Shown here: positions 23,376-33,940 of the stretch, piece by piece
Numbering within the stretch: position 1 is the first letter of the stretch
Layout: the number at the start of each line of letters is the position of its first letter
From: Opitutus sp. GAS368
GTDB taxonomy: Bacteria > Verrucomicrobiota > Verrucomicrobiia > Opitutales > Opitutaceae
Direction: 5' to 3'
DNA length: 64,000 nucleotides
NCBI GenBank assembly: GCA_945861645.1
Contig: CAMAVZ010000002.1
Coordinates: 1 to 64,000, forward strand
Position numbers and translations under genes: made by a program
Notes under the pieces: model-generated
Databases searched by the model: none
Told to the model about the DNA's origin: nothing
Seen by the model: the letters and a program-made list of their open reading frames with translations, nothing else

Positions 23376-26300
23376 TTAGCGACTGCCGCCGAGGGCTTCA
23401 CCAAGCGCGGTACGCTTAGCGAGTTTGATATCGAGGCAAAGGGCTTGCATTTCCTTGACCAAAACGTTGAACGATTCAGGCGTACCAGCACTCAAGGTAT
23501 TATCGCCCTTGACGAGCGATTCATAGATCTTGGTGCGTCCGTTTACGTCATCAGATTTGACCGTGAGGAGCTCTTGCAGCGTATGCGCCGCGCCATAAGC
23601 CTCAAGCGCCCATACTTCCATTTCTCCGAAACGTTGCCCACCGTATTGAGCTTTGCCGCCCAACGGTTGCTGCGTGACTAACGAGTAAGGGCCGACGGCG
23701 CGTGCGTGAATCTTATGCGACACCAGATGGTTCAACTTCATCATGTAGATGTAGCCGACAACCACCTCTTGATCGAGTTTCTCGCCAGTGCGACCATCAT
23801 GAAGCGGGCTCTTGCCCGACATTGGAAGGTTAGCTTCCTTGAGGTAGCCGCGCACCTTACTTTCAGGAATACCGTCAAACACCGGGGTGGCGACCTTGAT
23901 GCCTAATTTTTTACAGGCCCATCCCAGGTGGGTCTCAAGCACTTGGCCTACATTCATCCGTGAAGGCACCCCGAGTGGGTTAAGGCAAATTTCGATGGGG
24001 GTTCCATCAGGCAAAAACGGCATGTCTTCTTCCGGCACAATCTTGGCGACCACCCCCTTGTTCCCATGACGGCCGGCCATTTTATCTCCGACCTCAAGTT
24101 TTTGCTTAGTGGCGATATAAACTTTTACCGTTTTGATCACACCAGGGCCATTTTCGTCGCCCGTTTCAATGGTCGCAATCTTGCGTTCGCGATCGCCTTC
24201 CAGCTCATCGAATTTTGATTGGAAGGAAGCGATAATCTCCATGATCTTAATGCGAACAGGGGAAGGATCGATTTCGATATGCTTCGCCACGGCCGCCAAT
24301 TTACGGAGTAAGGTTTTGGTGATTTTGCGGTTGGCGGGAATGATAATTTCCCCCGTTTGGCCGTTAATTACATCGAGCGGAATTTTTTCGCCGAGCAAGA
24401 TATTGGAAAGCGCTTCGGTTAATTGCTCCCGCAATTTATCCATCTGCGTTTTATAATCTTCCTGAATCTGCTTTACTTGCCGACGACGATCGGACGGAGA
24501 GAGGCGGTCGCGCTCAGCATCGAGACGACTGGTCGAGACTTTCACATCCATGATGATCCCGTTCACCCCTGATGGAACAATGAGTGATGTATCTTTAACG
24601 TCAGCCGCTTTTTCACCGAAGATAGCGCGTAAGAGCTTCTCTTCTGGCGCAAGCTCGGTCTCAGATTTGGGCGTGATTTTACCGACGAGAAGATCGCCAG
24701 GTTTAACTTCAGCCCCGATACGAATAACCCCGTTATGGTCGAGATGCTTAAGCGCTTCTTCCCCAATATTAGGAATATCACGCGTAATTTCCTCCGGCCC
24801 GAGCTTAGTGTCACGGGCAATAACTTCAAATTCCTGAACGTGAATCGAGGTAAAGATATCCTCTTTGAGCACTTTCTCAGAAATTAAAATCGCATCTTCG
24901 AAATTGTAACCATTCCAAGGCATGAAACCAACGAGCACGTTGCGCCCGAGAGCCAATTCTCCGCGATCAGTAGATGGACCATCAGCGATGCACTCGCCTT
25001 TCTTAACTTTCTGGCCCTTCTTTACGATCGGGCGCTGACTAAAACAGGTGCCAGCGTTAGAGCGCATAAACTTACGCAGCTCATAAACAAAAACATGATT
25101 TTTTGGATCATGCTTAGGGTGGCGAGGTAACTCACCATCCTTGGTCACAATGATTTGCTTGGCGTCGACCGAGGCAACTAACCCAGCCTCTTCTGCAATG
25201 ACTACTGTTTTGGAGTCACTAGCGAGACGAGCCTCAAGACCAGTGCCCACGAAGGGTGCTTCAGTCTGCAAAAGTGGAACCCCTTGGCGTTGCATGTTCG
25301 AGCCCATGAGCGCGCGATTAGCGTCATCATGTTCAAGGAACGGGATCAGCCCAGCAGCGACCGAGACTACCTGCTTAGGCGAAACATCCATCAAATCGAC
25401 TTCTTCCGCCGAAACTTCGAGGAAATTGCCCGAATGGCGGGCGGTAACCTTGCCGACATAGTGTCCTTTACTATCAACTTCAGCATTAGCCTGAGCGATC
25501 GTCTTACCTTCCTCTTGGTCGGCTGTGAGGTAGACTACTTTGTCAGAAATTCGGCCTTTCTCCACAACGCGATAAGGAGATTCAATGAAACCGAATTCAT
25601 TAACCCGAGCGTACGTCGAGAGTGAATTGATGAGACCAATATTCGGACCCTCGGGCGTCTCAATCGGACAAATTCGGCCATAGTGAGAAGGATGAACATC
25701 GCGCACTTCAAAGCCTGCGCGCTCACGGTTCAAACCGCCAGGTCCGAGCGCAGATAACCGGCGCTTGTGTGTGAGTTCGGCCAGAGGATTAATCTGGTCC
25801 ATGAATTGAGAAAGCTGACTGCGCGCGAAGAAATCGCGAATAACCGTCGTCAGCGCCTTTGGATTGATCAGCTTCTGCGGCGTGATCGAGTCCACACTCT
25901 GGTCATAAAGCGTCATCCGCTCACGAACCAAGCGTTCCGTACGGGAAAGACCGACCCGACATTGATTGGCGAGTAATTCGCCCACGGTGCGCACGCGGCG
26001 CGAGCCCAGGTGATCGATATCATCGACGATTCCGTCACTTTTCTTCAAGCGCACCAGATATTTGGTAGCGGCAACAATGTCGGCGCTATCCAAAATACGA
26101 TTTTCAAGATCCATCTTCAAATCGAGCTTCTGATTGATCTTGTAACGACCAACCCGACCGAGGTCATAGCGTTTGGGATCAAAAAATAACCGTTTGAGCA
26201 AAGCCTTAGCATTCGCCGGTGTTGGCGGCTCGCCTGGGCGGAGTTTTTTATAAACTTCCTTCAGCGCCTCCTCCTCATTGCGGGTAGGATCTTTTTTGAG

Positions 26301-27170
26301 CGCGCGAATGATCGCACCCTCGTCTGCGGTGGTATCAATGACCCGCATCGACTTGATGTCGTGTTTCTCAAAGGTGCGAACAATTGCCTTGGTTAGCGGC
26401 TCAAAGGCACGCGCCAGCACAACCCCCTTCTGTGCATCGATCACATCCTCAACGAGAGCCAGCGTGGACACATTATCGAGGTCCAGAGCCTTGCTGACCT
26501 TTAAATCTTGAATGGTATAAAACAGATTGAGAATATCGAGATCGTTACTGAAACCGATCGAGCGCAGCAGAGTTGTGATCAAAAATTTACGACGACGACG
26601 ACGACGGTCGAGGTAAACATAAAGCAAATCATTGTTATCAAATTGCACCTCCAACCAAGTCCCGCGGTCAGGAATAATGCGGAAAGAGTGCAACAGCTTG
26701 CCATTGGGATGGGTCGCAACCTCAAAGCAAATACCAGGTGAACGATGAAGCTGAGAAACCACAACCCGCTCAGCGCCATTGATGATAAAAGATCCGCGTT
26801 CGGTAACCATGGGGATATCACCCATGAAAATCTCTTCATCTTTAATGAAATCCTCTTCGCGCAAGCGCAGTTTGACGTAGAGCGGCACGGCGTATGTGAC
26901 CCCCTCGCGCAAACACTCAATCTCAGAGCTCTTAGGCTCGCCGATTGTGTAGGAGACGTATTCGAGCGTTAGACGCTCATCGTAAGAATGGATAGGAAAG
27001 ACCTCCTTAAAAACGGCCTCTAGGCCGTAAGGCTTGCGCTGTTTCTCTGGGGTATCTTTTTGGAGATACTCGAGATAGGAGCTAATCTGCAGCTCAATAA
27101 GGTTGGGCGGCTGAATGACTTCGCGGAGTTTGCCGAAGTTAATGCGTTCGGTATGAGTGCGGTCGGCCAT
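23376..27170 (-). CDS. rpoB: RNA polymerase beta subunit
   Basis: [35 protein letters not shown]. Confidence 0.99.
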   Translation of the reverse strand: MADRTHTERINFGKLREVIQPPNLIELQISSYLEYLQKDTPEKQRKPYGLEAVFKEVFPIHSYDERLTLEYVSYTIGEPKSSEIECLREGVTYAVPLYVKLRLREEDFIKDEEIFMGDIPMVTERGSFIINGAERVVVSQLHRSPGICFEVATHPNGKLLHSFRIIPDRGTWLEVQFDNNDLLYVYLDRRRRRRKFLITTLLRSIGFSNDLDILNLFYTIQDLKVSKALDLDNVSTLALVEDVIDAQKGVVLARAFEPLTKAIVRTFEKHDIKSMRVIDTTADEGAIIRALKKDPTRNEEEALKEVYKKLRPGEPPTPANAKALLKRLFFDPKRYDLGRVGRYKINQKLDLKMDLENRILDSADIVAATKYLVRLKKSDGIVDDIDHLGSRRVRTVGELLANQCRVGLSRTERLVRERMTLYDQSVDSITPQKLINPKALTTVIRDFFARSQLSQFMDQINPLAELTHKRRLSALGPGGLNRERAGFEVRDVHPSHYGRICPIETPEGPNIGLINSLSTYARVNEFGFIESPYRVVEKGRISDKVVYLTADQEEGKTIAQANAEVDSKGHYVGKVTARHSGNFLEVSAEEVDLMDVSPKQVVSVAAGLIPFLEHDDANRALMGSNMQRQGVPLLQTEAPFVGTGLEARLASDSKTVVIAEEAGLVASVDAKQIIVTKDGELPRHPKHDPKNHVFVYELRKFMRSNAGTCFSQRPIVKKGQKVKKGECIADGPSTDRGELALGRNVLVGFMPWNGYNFEDAILISEKVLKEDIFTSIHVQEFEVIARDTKLGPEEITRDIPNIGEEALKHLDHNGVIRIGAEVKPGDLLVGKITPKSETELAPEEKLLRAIFGEKAADVKDTSLIVPSGVNGIIMDVKVSTSRLDAERDRLSPSDRRRQVKQIQEDYKTQMDKLREQLTEALSNILLGEKIPLDVINGQTGEIIIPANRKITKTLLRKLAAVAKHIEIDPSPVRIKIMEIIASFQSKFDELEGDRERKIATIETGDENGPGVIKTVKVYIATKQKLEVGDKMAGRHGNKGVVAKIVPEEDMPFLPDGTPIEICLNPLGVPSRMNVGQVLETHLGWACKKLGIKVATPVFDGIPESKVRGYLKEANLPMSGKSPLHDGRTGEKLDQEVVVGYIYMMKLNHLVSHKIHARAVGPYSLVTQQPLGGKAQYGGQRFGEMEVWALEAYGAAHTLQELLTVKSDDVNGRTKIYESLVKGDNTLSAGTPESFNVLVKEMQALCLDIKLAKRTALGEALGGSR

Positions 27171-27282
27171 GGAATTTCCCGTGTAGAGGTGAACTTAAAA
27201 ACAGAGACTTAGCTATTCATGAATGAATAGCTAATTATGCGGCGCACGCGCGTGAGATCACGCTGTGCGGAAAGAACAAATG

Positions 27283-27328
27283 AAAAAAAGCCGAAAGACA
27301 GGTCGCGGTTGGCCGCGACCTGCTTCGG
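27283..27328 (-). terminator. Intrinsic terminator/attenuator between rplL and rpoB
   Basis: CCGAAG-CAGGTCGCGG-CCAA-CCGCGACCTG-TCTTTCGG followed by CTTTTTTT. Confidence 0.85.
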
Positions 27329-27365
27329 TGAATTGAGTTGATAAAGGAGTGAAATCTCCAAGTGG

Positions 27366-27746
27366 TTACTTGAGTTCCACTTTAGCCCCAGCGGCCTCAA
27401 GCTTCTTCTTGATTTCTTCCGCCTCAGCCTTGTTAACGCCTTCCTTGACAGGCTTGGGCGCACCTTCGACCAAATCCTTAGCCTCTTTCAGGCCCAAGCC
27501 GGTGATGGCGCGAACTTCTTTAATCGCGCCGATCTTGTTGGCCCCAGCCTCAAGGAGGACGACGGTGAATTCCGTCTTCTCTTCAGCGGCAGCAGCAGGG
27601 GCCGCGCCAGCGGCAGGGCCAGCGGCTGCGGCGGCGGCGGCGGAAACGCCCCACTTACCCTCGAGGTCTTTAACGAGGGCAGCGAGTTCGAGAATAGGCT
27701 GGGCAGAAAGCCATTCAATGACTTGGTCTTTAGTGATGTTGCTCAT
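27366..27746 (-). CDS. rplL: 50S ribosomal protein L7/L12
   Basis: Ala hinge, [31 protein letters not shown] 27746 preceded by AGGAG. Confidence 0.99.
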   Translation of the reverse strand: MSNITKDQVIEWLSAQPILELAALVKDLEGKWGVSAAAAAAAGPAAGAAPAAAAEEKTEFTVVLLEAGANKIGAIKEVRAITGLGLKEAKDLVEGAPKPVKEGVNKAEAEEIKKKLEAAGAKVELK

Positions 27747-27879
27747 AGTATTTTCTCCTGAAGCGACTAGCGGTTTCGATGGATGAAACACGTTTAAGGG
27801 ACGTATCCCCTAGCCTACTTCTTTGGATATTTTATTTTCTCGGCTTACACCGAGGAAAAAGGGTTAAAGTAAGTAGGGG

Positions 27880-28377
27880 TTAGGCCGCTGAGGCGGATGA
27901 TTGTTCTTTTTTGACCTTAGCGTCGAGAACGCGAACGAAGGCCGCGCCTTGCATGGTGAGCAAGCCGAGGAACATCGAGCGCAGAGCGTCGAACGAAGGC
28001 AGATCGGCAAGCTTGGCAAGGTCAGCCGCGGTCATGAGCTTCTTGTCTAAGACGCCCACCTTCACTTCGAGCTTCTGTTTTTCTTCGATAAATTTCTTCA
28101 GCACCTTGGCGACGCCAGCAGGATTCTTTCCGCCGACAACGACCGCGGTCTGACCGGTTAAGGACTTCTCTAGGTCCGGCAAGCCGAATGCCTTGGCCGC
28201 AACCCGAAACGAGCTATTCTTAACCACATGAAATTCAGCCTTATCAGGGGATAGGCGCTTACGCAGCTCGGCCGCATCGGCGACTGTCAGCTTGGTAAAA
28301 TTGGTGAGGATGACGTAGTCGGACTTCTTGAGATGCCCGGTGACCTCATCGATCAAATATTTCTTTTCTGCTCTCAT
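27880..28377 (-). CDS. rplJ: 50S ribosomal protein L10
   Basis: LRKRL..FHVVKNS, LADLPS; between rplA and rplL. Confidence 0.96.
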   Translation of the reverse strand: MRAEKKYLIDEVTGHLKKSDYVILTNFTKLTVADAAELRKRLSPDKAEFHVVKNSSFRVAAKAFGLPDLEKSLTGQTAVVVGGKNPAGVAKVLKKFIEEKQKLEVKVGVLDKKLMTAADLAKLADLPSFDALRSMFLGLLTMQGAAFVRVLDAKVKKEQSSASAA

Positions 28378-28394
28378 AGTAGATTGTTTCCGGG

Positions 28395-29090
28395 TTAGAA
28401 TTTATTAAACTCACCGCTTGCCAGCTTGATGCCGGGACTCATCGAGGATGAAAGCGTGACGCTCTTGATATAGTGGCCCTTGAAGGCGGCAGGCTTAGCT
28501 TTACCCACAGCCTCGAGCACCGCGGTCACATTTTCGGTAATTTGATCGACCGTGAATGAACGCTTACCAACGCCGACCCCAATATTGGCAGTCTTGTCGA
28601 CTTTAAACTCTACTCGACCGGCCTTAACGGCCTTGATACCAGCAACGATGTCGTCGGTAACGGTGCCCGATTTTGGATTTGGCATCAGGCCCTTGGGCCC
28701 AAGTACACGCGCCAAGGTTCTTACCTGTTTCATGGCCTCAGTGGTCGAAATCGCCACATCGAAATCAAGCCAGCCCTCATTGATTTTAGCCATCACATCA
28801 GCTAGGCCAGCAGTGTCAGCACCGGCAGCGAGAGCCTTAGCTGGGTCGTCAGTAAAAACAACGATGCGCACTTTCTTGCCGGAGCCATTGGGCAGTGGCG
28901 TCGTGCCACGTACCATTTGGTCACCCTGGGCTGGATCGACGCCTAGGCGGAAGGACAATTCGACCGTCTCATCGAATTTAGCCTTAGGGAATTTAGCCAG
29001 AATTTCTACTGCTGCCTTAAGCGGATATTCTTTGGCGAGATCAGCGGCCGAGGCCGCGCTGCGATAGCGTTTACTTTGTTTTACGGGCAT
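28395..29090 (-). CDS. rplA: 50S ribosomal protein L1
   Basis: KFDETVE, LGPKGLMPNPKSGTVT, SSSMSPG; ATG 29090 preceded by AAGGAG. Confidence 0.99.
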   Translation of the reverse strand: MPVKQSKRYRSAASAADLAKEYPLKAAVEILAKFPKAKFDETVELSFRLGVDPAQGDQMVRGTTPLPNGSGKKVRIVVFTDDPAKALAAGADTAGLADVMAKINEGWLDFDVAISTTEAMKQVRTLARVLGPKGLMPNPKSGTVTDDIVAGIKAVKAGRVEFKVDKTANIGVGVGKRSFTVDQITENVTAVLEAVGKAKPAAFKGHYIKSVTLSSSMSPGIKLASGEFNKF

Positions 29091-29102
29091 TTTTGACTCC
29101 TT

Positions 29103-29133
29103 GCGGTGCAAACGTCTCGAGTGAGACTCCCGC
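29103..29133 (-). promoter_or_regulatory. Candidate L1 autoregulatory RNA site upstream of rplA
   Basis: mRNA GCGG-GA-GUCUC-ACUC-GAGAC-GUUUGCA-CCGC: two stems with an asymmetric internal loop abutting the rplA Shine-Dalgarno. Confidence 0.5.
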
Positions 29134-29157
29134 GGTGAGTGGTGTGGTTTAGGAAAA

Positions 29158-29583
29158 TTAGTCGATGACTTCGATACCCATGTTGCGGGCTGTACCAGCG
29201 ATCATACGTACCGCGGCCTCTTCGCTATTAGCGTTGAGGTCGGCCTTTTTGATTTTGATGATTTCAAGAATTTGTTTTTTTGTCACCTTGCCCACTTTAT
29301 CCATATTGGGCTTAGCGGAACCGCTCGCGATACCAGCAGCTTTCTTCAGCAGCACCGAGGCCGGGGGCGACTTAAGAATAAAGGTGAAGGATTTATCAAC
29401 ATAGACCGTAATGACCACCGGAATGATCATTCCATTTTGGTCTTTTGTCTTGGCATTGAATTCCTTACAGAAGCCCATGATATTGACGCCTTGAGCGCCG
29501 AGAGCGGGCCCAACCGGGGGCGCCGGATTGGCGGCACCGGCAGGAAGTTGCAGACGAACGTAACCTTGGATTTTTTTTGCCAT
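29158..29583 (-). CDS. rplK: 50S ribosomal protein L11
   Basis: [29 protein letters not shown]. Confidence 0.99.
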   Translation of the reverse strand: MAKKIQGYVRLQLPAGAANPAPPVGPALGAQGVNIMGFCKEFNAKTKDQNGMIIPVVITVYVDKSFTFILKSPPASVLLKKAAGIASGSAKPNMDKVGKVTKKQILEIIKIKKADLNANSEEAAVRMIAGTARNMGIEVID

Positions 29584-29623
29584 AACGAAAAGGAGTTAAT
29601 TAATAAAATAAAGGGAAGGTTGT

Positions 29624-30205
29624 TCAGCTTTCAGAAGCGCGCTGAACCTGCCAGTATTCGAGTTCAACAGGCGTAAACCGCCCAAAAATAGAAACAGAAA
29701 TTTTAAGCTTACCCCGAGCAGGGTCCACTTCATCGACTCGGCCCGTAAGATTAGCGAACGCCCCATCGGTAATTTTGACTTCCTCACCGACATCGAACGT
29801 GACCTTTGGCACTTCTTTGCCGGAAGCAGCTTCGATGCGGGCGCGTATGTCATCAATTTCAGTCTGGCGAAGTGCGGCGGGTTTATCGCCGCCGACAAAA
29901 CCGATGACGCCAGCTGCATCTTTTACAAAATAGAACGGTTTAATAATGACCTGTTTTTCCAGATCATAGAGGCACATATTGATAAACACGTAACCGGGGT
30001 AAAGCTTGCGAACCTTGGTCGACTTTTTCCCGCTCTTAACTTCGGATACGACCTCGGTCGGCAGCAAAACCTCGAAGATGAAATCATTAAGCTCTTCAGC
30101 TTTTTTGAATTTCTCGATGTAGTTTTTTACCTTGTTCTCCTGCCCGGAGAGAGTGTGAAGGGCGAACCACTGGGCGCTTGTCGGCGTAGAAATTTCGACA
30201 GTCAT
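29624..30205 (-). CDS. nusG: Transcription factor NusG
   Basis: WFALHTLSGQENKV, YPGYVF, KOW GAFANLTG..IFGRFTPVEL; start moved to ATG 30205 because the longer ORF overlaps secE and the tRNA. Confidence 0.97.
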   Translation of the reverse strand: MTVEISTPTSAQWFALHTLSGQENKVKNYIEKFKKAEELNDFIFEVLLPTEVVSEVKSGKKSTKVRKLYPGYVFINMCLYDLEKQVIIKPFYFVKDAAGVIGFVGGDKPAALRQTEIDDIRARIEAASGKEVPKVTFDVGEEVKITDGAFANLTGRVDEVDPARGKLKISVSIFGRFTPVELEYWQVQRASES

Positions 30206-30215
30206 CGGAAAATAT

Positions 30216-30422
30216 TTAGCGACTGATGAGCTCCGTGACAGCATCAACGACGTTATAAAGCGCAAAGTCACTAATGCTGGTGAACAAGCCCAACAGCAAA
30301 CAAGCAACAATGACAACGATTGTTGAATCCTTAAGCTCGGTCCCCGTGGGCCAGCTAGCTTTCTGCAACTCAGCGACCAATTCGCCAAAGAAGACGCGGG
30401 CACTGCGGAATGGATTGGCCAT
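30216..30422 (-). CDS. secE: Preprotein translocase SecE
   Basis: ELQKASWPT..EL..ST plus one TM helix, between tRNA-Trp and nusG. Confidence 0.96.
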   Translation of the reverse strand: MANPFRSARVFFGELVAELQKASWPTGTELKDSTIVVIVACLLLGLFTSISDFALYNVVDAVTELISR

Positions 30423-30441
30423 ATTATAAGTTGGGCGAAAG

Positions 30442-30517
30442 TGGCAGGGGCGGAGGGACTCGAACCCCCAACCAACGGTTTTGGAGACCGCTACTCTACC
30501 AGTTGAGCTACACCCCT
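30442..30517 (-). tRNA. tRNA-Trp (CCA)
   Basis: 76-nt cloverleaf AGGGGTGTAGCTCAACTGGTAGAG...CTCCAAA...GGTTCGAGTCC...CCCTGCCA, with encoded CCA end. Confidence 0.98.
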
Positions 30518-30598
30518 GTGATTATTTCTTTTAGACAACACAGCCGGGAACCCCCAAAGGAGCCCCGGCAGCGTCGGTCGGAAAAGGTTAAAGACGCG

Positions 30599-31789
30599 TT
30601 ATGCGATGATATCGGTGACACGACCGGCACCAATGGTGCGGCCGCCTTCACGGATAGCGAATTTCTGAGTCTTCTCCATGGCGATGGGAACGATTAAATC
30701 AATTTCCACAGCGATATTGTCGCCGGGCATGATCATTTCAACACCAGTCGGAAGATTCACGATACCAGTTACATCCGTTGTGCGGAAGTAAAATTGAGGG
30801 CGGTAGCCATTGAAGAACGGCGTGTGACGGCCGCCCTCGTCTTTTGAGAGAACGTAAATCTCAGCCTTGGCCTTCTTGTGTGGAAGAATCGACTTCGGGG
30901 CGGCAATAACTTGGCCGCGCTCGATGCCTTCTTTGTCAATACCGCGGAGAAGAATACCGACGTTGTCGCCTGCCTGCCCTTGATCGAGCAACTTGCGGAA
31001 CATTTCAATGCCGGTGACAACCGTGTTGGTCGTGTCCTTGAGGCCAACAATTTCAACGGCATCGTTAAGCTTGCAGACGCCGCGTTCGATCCGGCCGGTG
31101 GCAACGGTGCCGCGACCAGTGATCGAGAAGACGTCCTCAACTGACATCAAGAAAGGCTTGTCAAGTTCGCGCTGCGGCTCCGCAATATCATTGTCGATAG
31201 CTTCCATAAGCGCCTGAATAGCAGCTAATCCCTCGGGCTTCCCCTCGAGAGCAGCGGTGGCGGAACCACGGATGATTTTGGCGGCCTTGCCGTCAAATTG
31301 ATACTTGGTGAGCAAGTCGCGAATCTCTTCTTCAACCAGCTCGAGGAGCTCAGGATCATCGATGAGGTCGACCTTGTTAAGGAAAACGACGAGATTCGGA
31401 ACGCCGACTTGGCGAGCGAGCAAAATGTGCTCACGAGTCTGAGGCATCGGGCCATCAGAAGCGGAGACCACGAGAATACCGCCATCCATCTGGGCGGCGC
31501 CGGTGATCATGTTTTTAACGAAATCAGCGTGTCCTGGGCAGTCAACGTGCGCATAGTGGCGCTTGTCTGACTCATACTCTACGTGAGCGACCGAGATCGT
31601 AACGATCTTCGAGGCGTCACGTACCGTGCCACCCTTCGCGATATCCGCGTAAGATTTGACCTCAGCGAGCCCCTTGCGGGCTTGGGTCGACAAGATTGCG
31701 GTGGTCAGCGTGGTCTTGCCGTGGTCGACGTGGCCGATCGTGCCGACGTTAACGTGCGGCTTTTTGCGTTCAAATGTTGCTTTAGCCAT
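30599..31789 (-). CDS. tuf: Elongation factor Tu
   Basis: [34 protein letters not shown]. Confidence 0.99.
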   Translation of the reverse strand: MAKATFERKKPHVNVGTIGHVDHGKTTLTTAILSTQARKGLAEVKSYADIAKGGTVRDASKIVTISVAHVEYESDKRHYAHVDCPGHADFVKNMITGAAQMDGGILVVSASDGPMPQTREHILLARQVGVPNLVVFLNKVDLIDDPELLELVEEEIRDLLTKYQFDGKAAKIIRGSATAALEGKPEGLAAIQALMEAIDNDIAEPQRELDKPFLMSVEDVFSITGRGTVATGRIERGVCKLNDAVEIVGLKDTTNTVVTGIEMFRKLLDQGQAGDNVGILLRGIDKEGIERGQVIAAPKSILPHKKAKAEIYVLSKDEGGRHTPFFNGYRPQFYFRTTDVTGIVNLPTGVEMIMPGDNIAVEIDLIVPIAMEKTQKFAIREGGRTIGAGRVTDIIA

Positions 31790-31862
31790 GTGGAGTAGGA
31801 GTAGGTTATTAGTGGTTGAAGTTGTTGATCTTTATTAACGTCGGAGATCATCGACGTTGCCC

Positions 31863-31938
31863 TGGAGCCCAGAACCGGATTCGAACCGGCGACCTCGTCC
31901 TTACCAAGAACGTGCTCTACCAACTGAGCTATCTGGGC
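31863..31938 (-). tRNA. tRNA-Thr (GGT)
   Basis: 76-nt cloverleaf GCCCAGATAGCTCAGTTGGTAGAGC...CTTGGTAAG...GGTTCGAATCC...GGGCTCCA. Confidence 0.98.
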
Positions 31939-32030
31939 AGACAAAGGCACAGGCAAAAATTGAAAAGAAGGGTTAGAGAATAGCTGCGAAATTTCGCCGT
32001 CAACTAGATTCTTGCTAAATTCTAAAAAAT

Positions 32031-32774
32031 CTACGGACCGATAACAACCCGATAGCGACCAGCGCTCAAGCGCTCGCCCAACCGAAACGACTTAATCAGG
32101 TATGAGCGGAATAATGCCCCAACCTCATCATCAACGTCATCTCGGCCTAATTCGGGCACAAAAACGGGGTCACCGATGAGACCAGCATTGCTAACAGCCA
32201 CCAAAAAAATCATGGGCTTAATATTCAGTCCCTGTGGATTTAAATCATTATCCTGATTGAAGATAACAGTTTTTCCATTCGATAATTTCACCACTTCTAT
32301 AGAGAGGCTTCTCTGGGTTAATGCCTTGTGGGATGGATCAAGCTGGCCCATCCCAGCAAAAGACCCGGCATTGCCTTGGGCTAGGATATCGCCCAGGCGC
32401 TCTGGGGTCGCAAAGGCATCAGCTCCGTAAAGCTTCATGCCCTGTTCCCCCATCGTAAAATTCGCCTCGAAACTTTCAAAAATCTGGCCAGGTGGCTTGC
32501 GCATGCCCGCCGGCAACGGTCGCTGGCTGAAATTCCATTCGGTAGGGAAAAATAGCGGGGCTGGATCGAAGAGTTCGGATCGCTCGCGCATCAGCTGTTC
32601 ATCGCCCCCCAACCCAACTCCTGCCAGCCGCACAAAAGGCGATTTTATCGCGTGGCTCGGCGCGGCCACGGGCAATTGTACCCCCGTTATAGCCCACCAG
32701 ACTAGCGTCACAACGAGCGCACCGCCGAGCCAAAACCAAATCCGTGACCTTGCTACAATTTTCTCCCGGCTCAT
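32031..32774 (-). CDS. Hypothetical single-pass membrane protein, last gene of the exbBD-like operon (possible TonB/TolA-like transducer)
   Basis: N-terminal TM IWFWLGGALVVTLVWWAI; 9 bp after the exbD-like gene; Pro-containing linker. Confidence 0.6.
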   Translation of the reverse strand: MSREKIVARSRIWFWLGGALVVTLVWWAITGVQLPVAAPSHAIKSPFVRLAGVGLGGDEQLMRERSELFDPAPLFFPTEWNFSQRPLPAGMRKPPGQIFESFEANFTMGEQGMKLYGADAFATPERLGDILAQGNAGSFAGMGQLDPSHKALTQRSLSIEVVKLSNGKTVIFNQDNDLNPQGLNIKPMIFLVAVSNAGLIGDPVFVPELGRDDVDDEVGALFRSYLIKSFRLGERLSAGRYRVVIGP

Positions 32775-32783
32775 GGGATCAGC

Positions 32784-33248
32784 TTAAGGTAATGGACTGG
32801 CTGAAGCTTGGGTTTCAGCGGCGGCCTGAACTCCAGCAAAGCCCGCGGCACGAGCCATATCGCACAGAGAGAAAAAATCCTGAACGGATACCTGTCGATC
32901 GGCGCGCACCAGCATCACCGCGTTGGGATGTTTGTGCGCATATAGCTCGAGATGCTTTCGCAGATCGGAAAGCCCGTACATGCCGCCCTCAAATAAAATC
33001 ACGTTATTACCCCGATAACTCACCACCACTGACGTAGCGGCGCTATGCTGACCGGCCGCACCGATCGATGGTAGATTAAATGTTCCGGCCGCGCCAACCC
33101 CGATAGGCAGTCCTGGCGCCAGCACGAAGCGTGAGCCGAGCAGGCCAAAAAACAGCGCAAGCACACCGACATTAACCCAAGCCATAAAATCAAAATCCCG
33201 CGGTGGGGGGCTCAAGCGAGAGGCTAACTCGAACGGACGGGTAATCAT
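32784..33248 (-). CDS. ExbD/TolR-family protein, atypical TM
   Basis: One N-terminal TM, periplasmic LVRADRQVSVQ..LCDMARAAGF motif; 4-bp overlap with the exbB-like gene. Confidence 0.82.
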   Translation of the reverse strand: MITRPFELASRLSPPPRDFDFMAWVNVGVLALFFGLLGSRFVLAPGLPIGVGAAGTFNLPSIGAAGQHSAATSVVVSYRGNNVILFEGGMYGLSDLRKHLELYAHKHPNAVMLVRADRQVSVQDFFSLCDMARAAGFAGVQAAAETQASASPLP

Positions 33249-33889
33249 TTTAATGGACCGGCTCCATTGCGATATTCCCGCTGTAAGAATCGCATTATTT
33301 CGCTACCCGACCATTCCATGTCCTGAACGAGGGCGCGGACTCGGCCCGAGAGAAAATGTCGAGCTAAGTGCGCCGGTATGGCTACAGCCAGACCGGCGGT
33401 CGCGCTCAGCAAAGCCTCCCACATGCCACCCGCGAGCACAACGGGGGTCGCATAATTTCCCCCTTGGTTAAAGAGCCAGAATGTTTTGATCATCCCCAGC
33501 AAGGTTCCAAGCAAGCCGAGCAGGGGGGCAATTTGCGCAATGGCGGCGAGCGCGTTGATCCGTCGCTCCAGAACAGGAAGCTCTACCAGGGCGGCTTCCT
33601 GCACGGCAAACCGGAGGGCCTGTTCATCATCGGCCGCATGGCGCAAGCCCGCCTTGATTAGCTTAGCCACCGGACCTGGGGTCTCTTCACACAGAGTTAA
33701 AGCCTCCATCAAGCGATTTTTCTGCAGGAGATTTTTGATCCCACTCAAAAATTCCGTCGAACGAATTTGCGCGCGGTGCAGCCACAACGTGCGCTCAATA
33801 AAAATTACGGCTGCGACTAGACCCAGCAATAATAACAACCCCAGGACAGGGCCGCCTTGAGCGAAAATACGGTAACTGAATGTGCTCAT
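33245..33889 (-). CDS. MotA/TolQ/ExbB proton channel family protein
   Basis: GG.V..LL N-terminal TM, IAQIAPLLGLLGTLLGMI, LAGGMWEAL..TAGLAVAIPA. Confidence 0.92.
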   Translation of the reverse strand: MSTFSYRIFAQGGPVLGLLLLLGLVAAVIFIERTLWLHRAQIRSTEFLSGIKNLLQKNRLMEALTLCEETPGPVAKLIKAGLRHAADDEQALRFAVQEAALVELPVLERRINALAAIAQIAPLLGLLGTLLGMIKTFWLFNQGGNYATPVVLAGGMWEALLSATAGLAVAIPAHLARHFLSGRVRALVQDMEWSGSEIMRFLQREYRNGAGPLK

Positions 33890-33940
33890 GAATTTTATTT
33901 TATATAATGCGCGTCCAAGGAAAAGCGTAAATGCGCAAGC

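Noticed and set aside
26588-26606. ACG trinucleotide run in rpoB as a contingency repeat
   Set aside because: It encodes the in-frame Arg-rich DRRRRRRK segment of RpoB
30206-30475. N-terminally extended 283-aa NusG from the ORF track
   Set aside because: Extension overlaps secE and tRNA-Trp; the NusG domain starts just after ATG 30205
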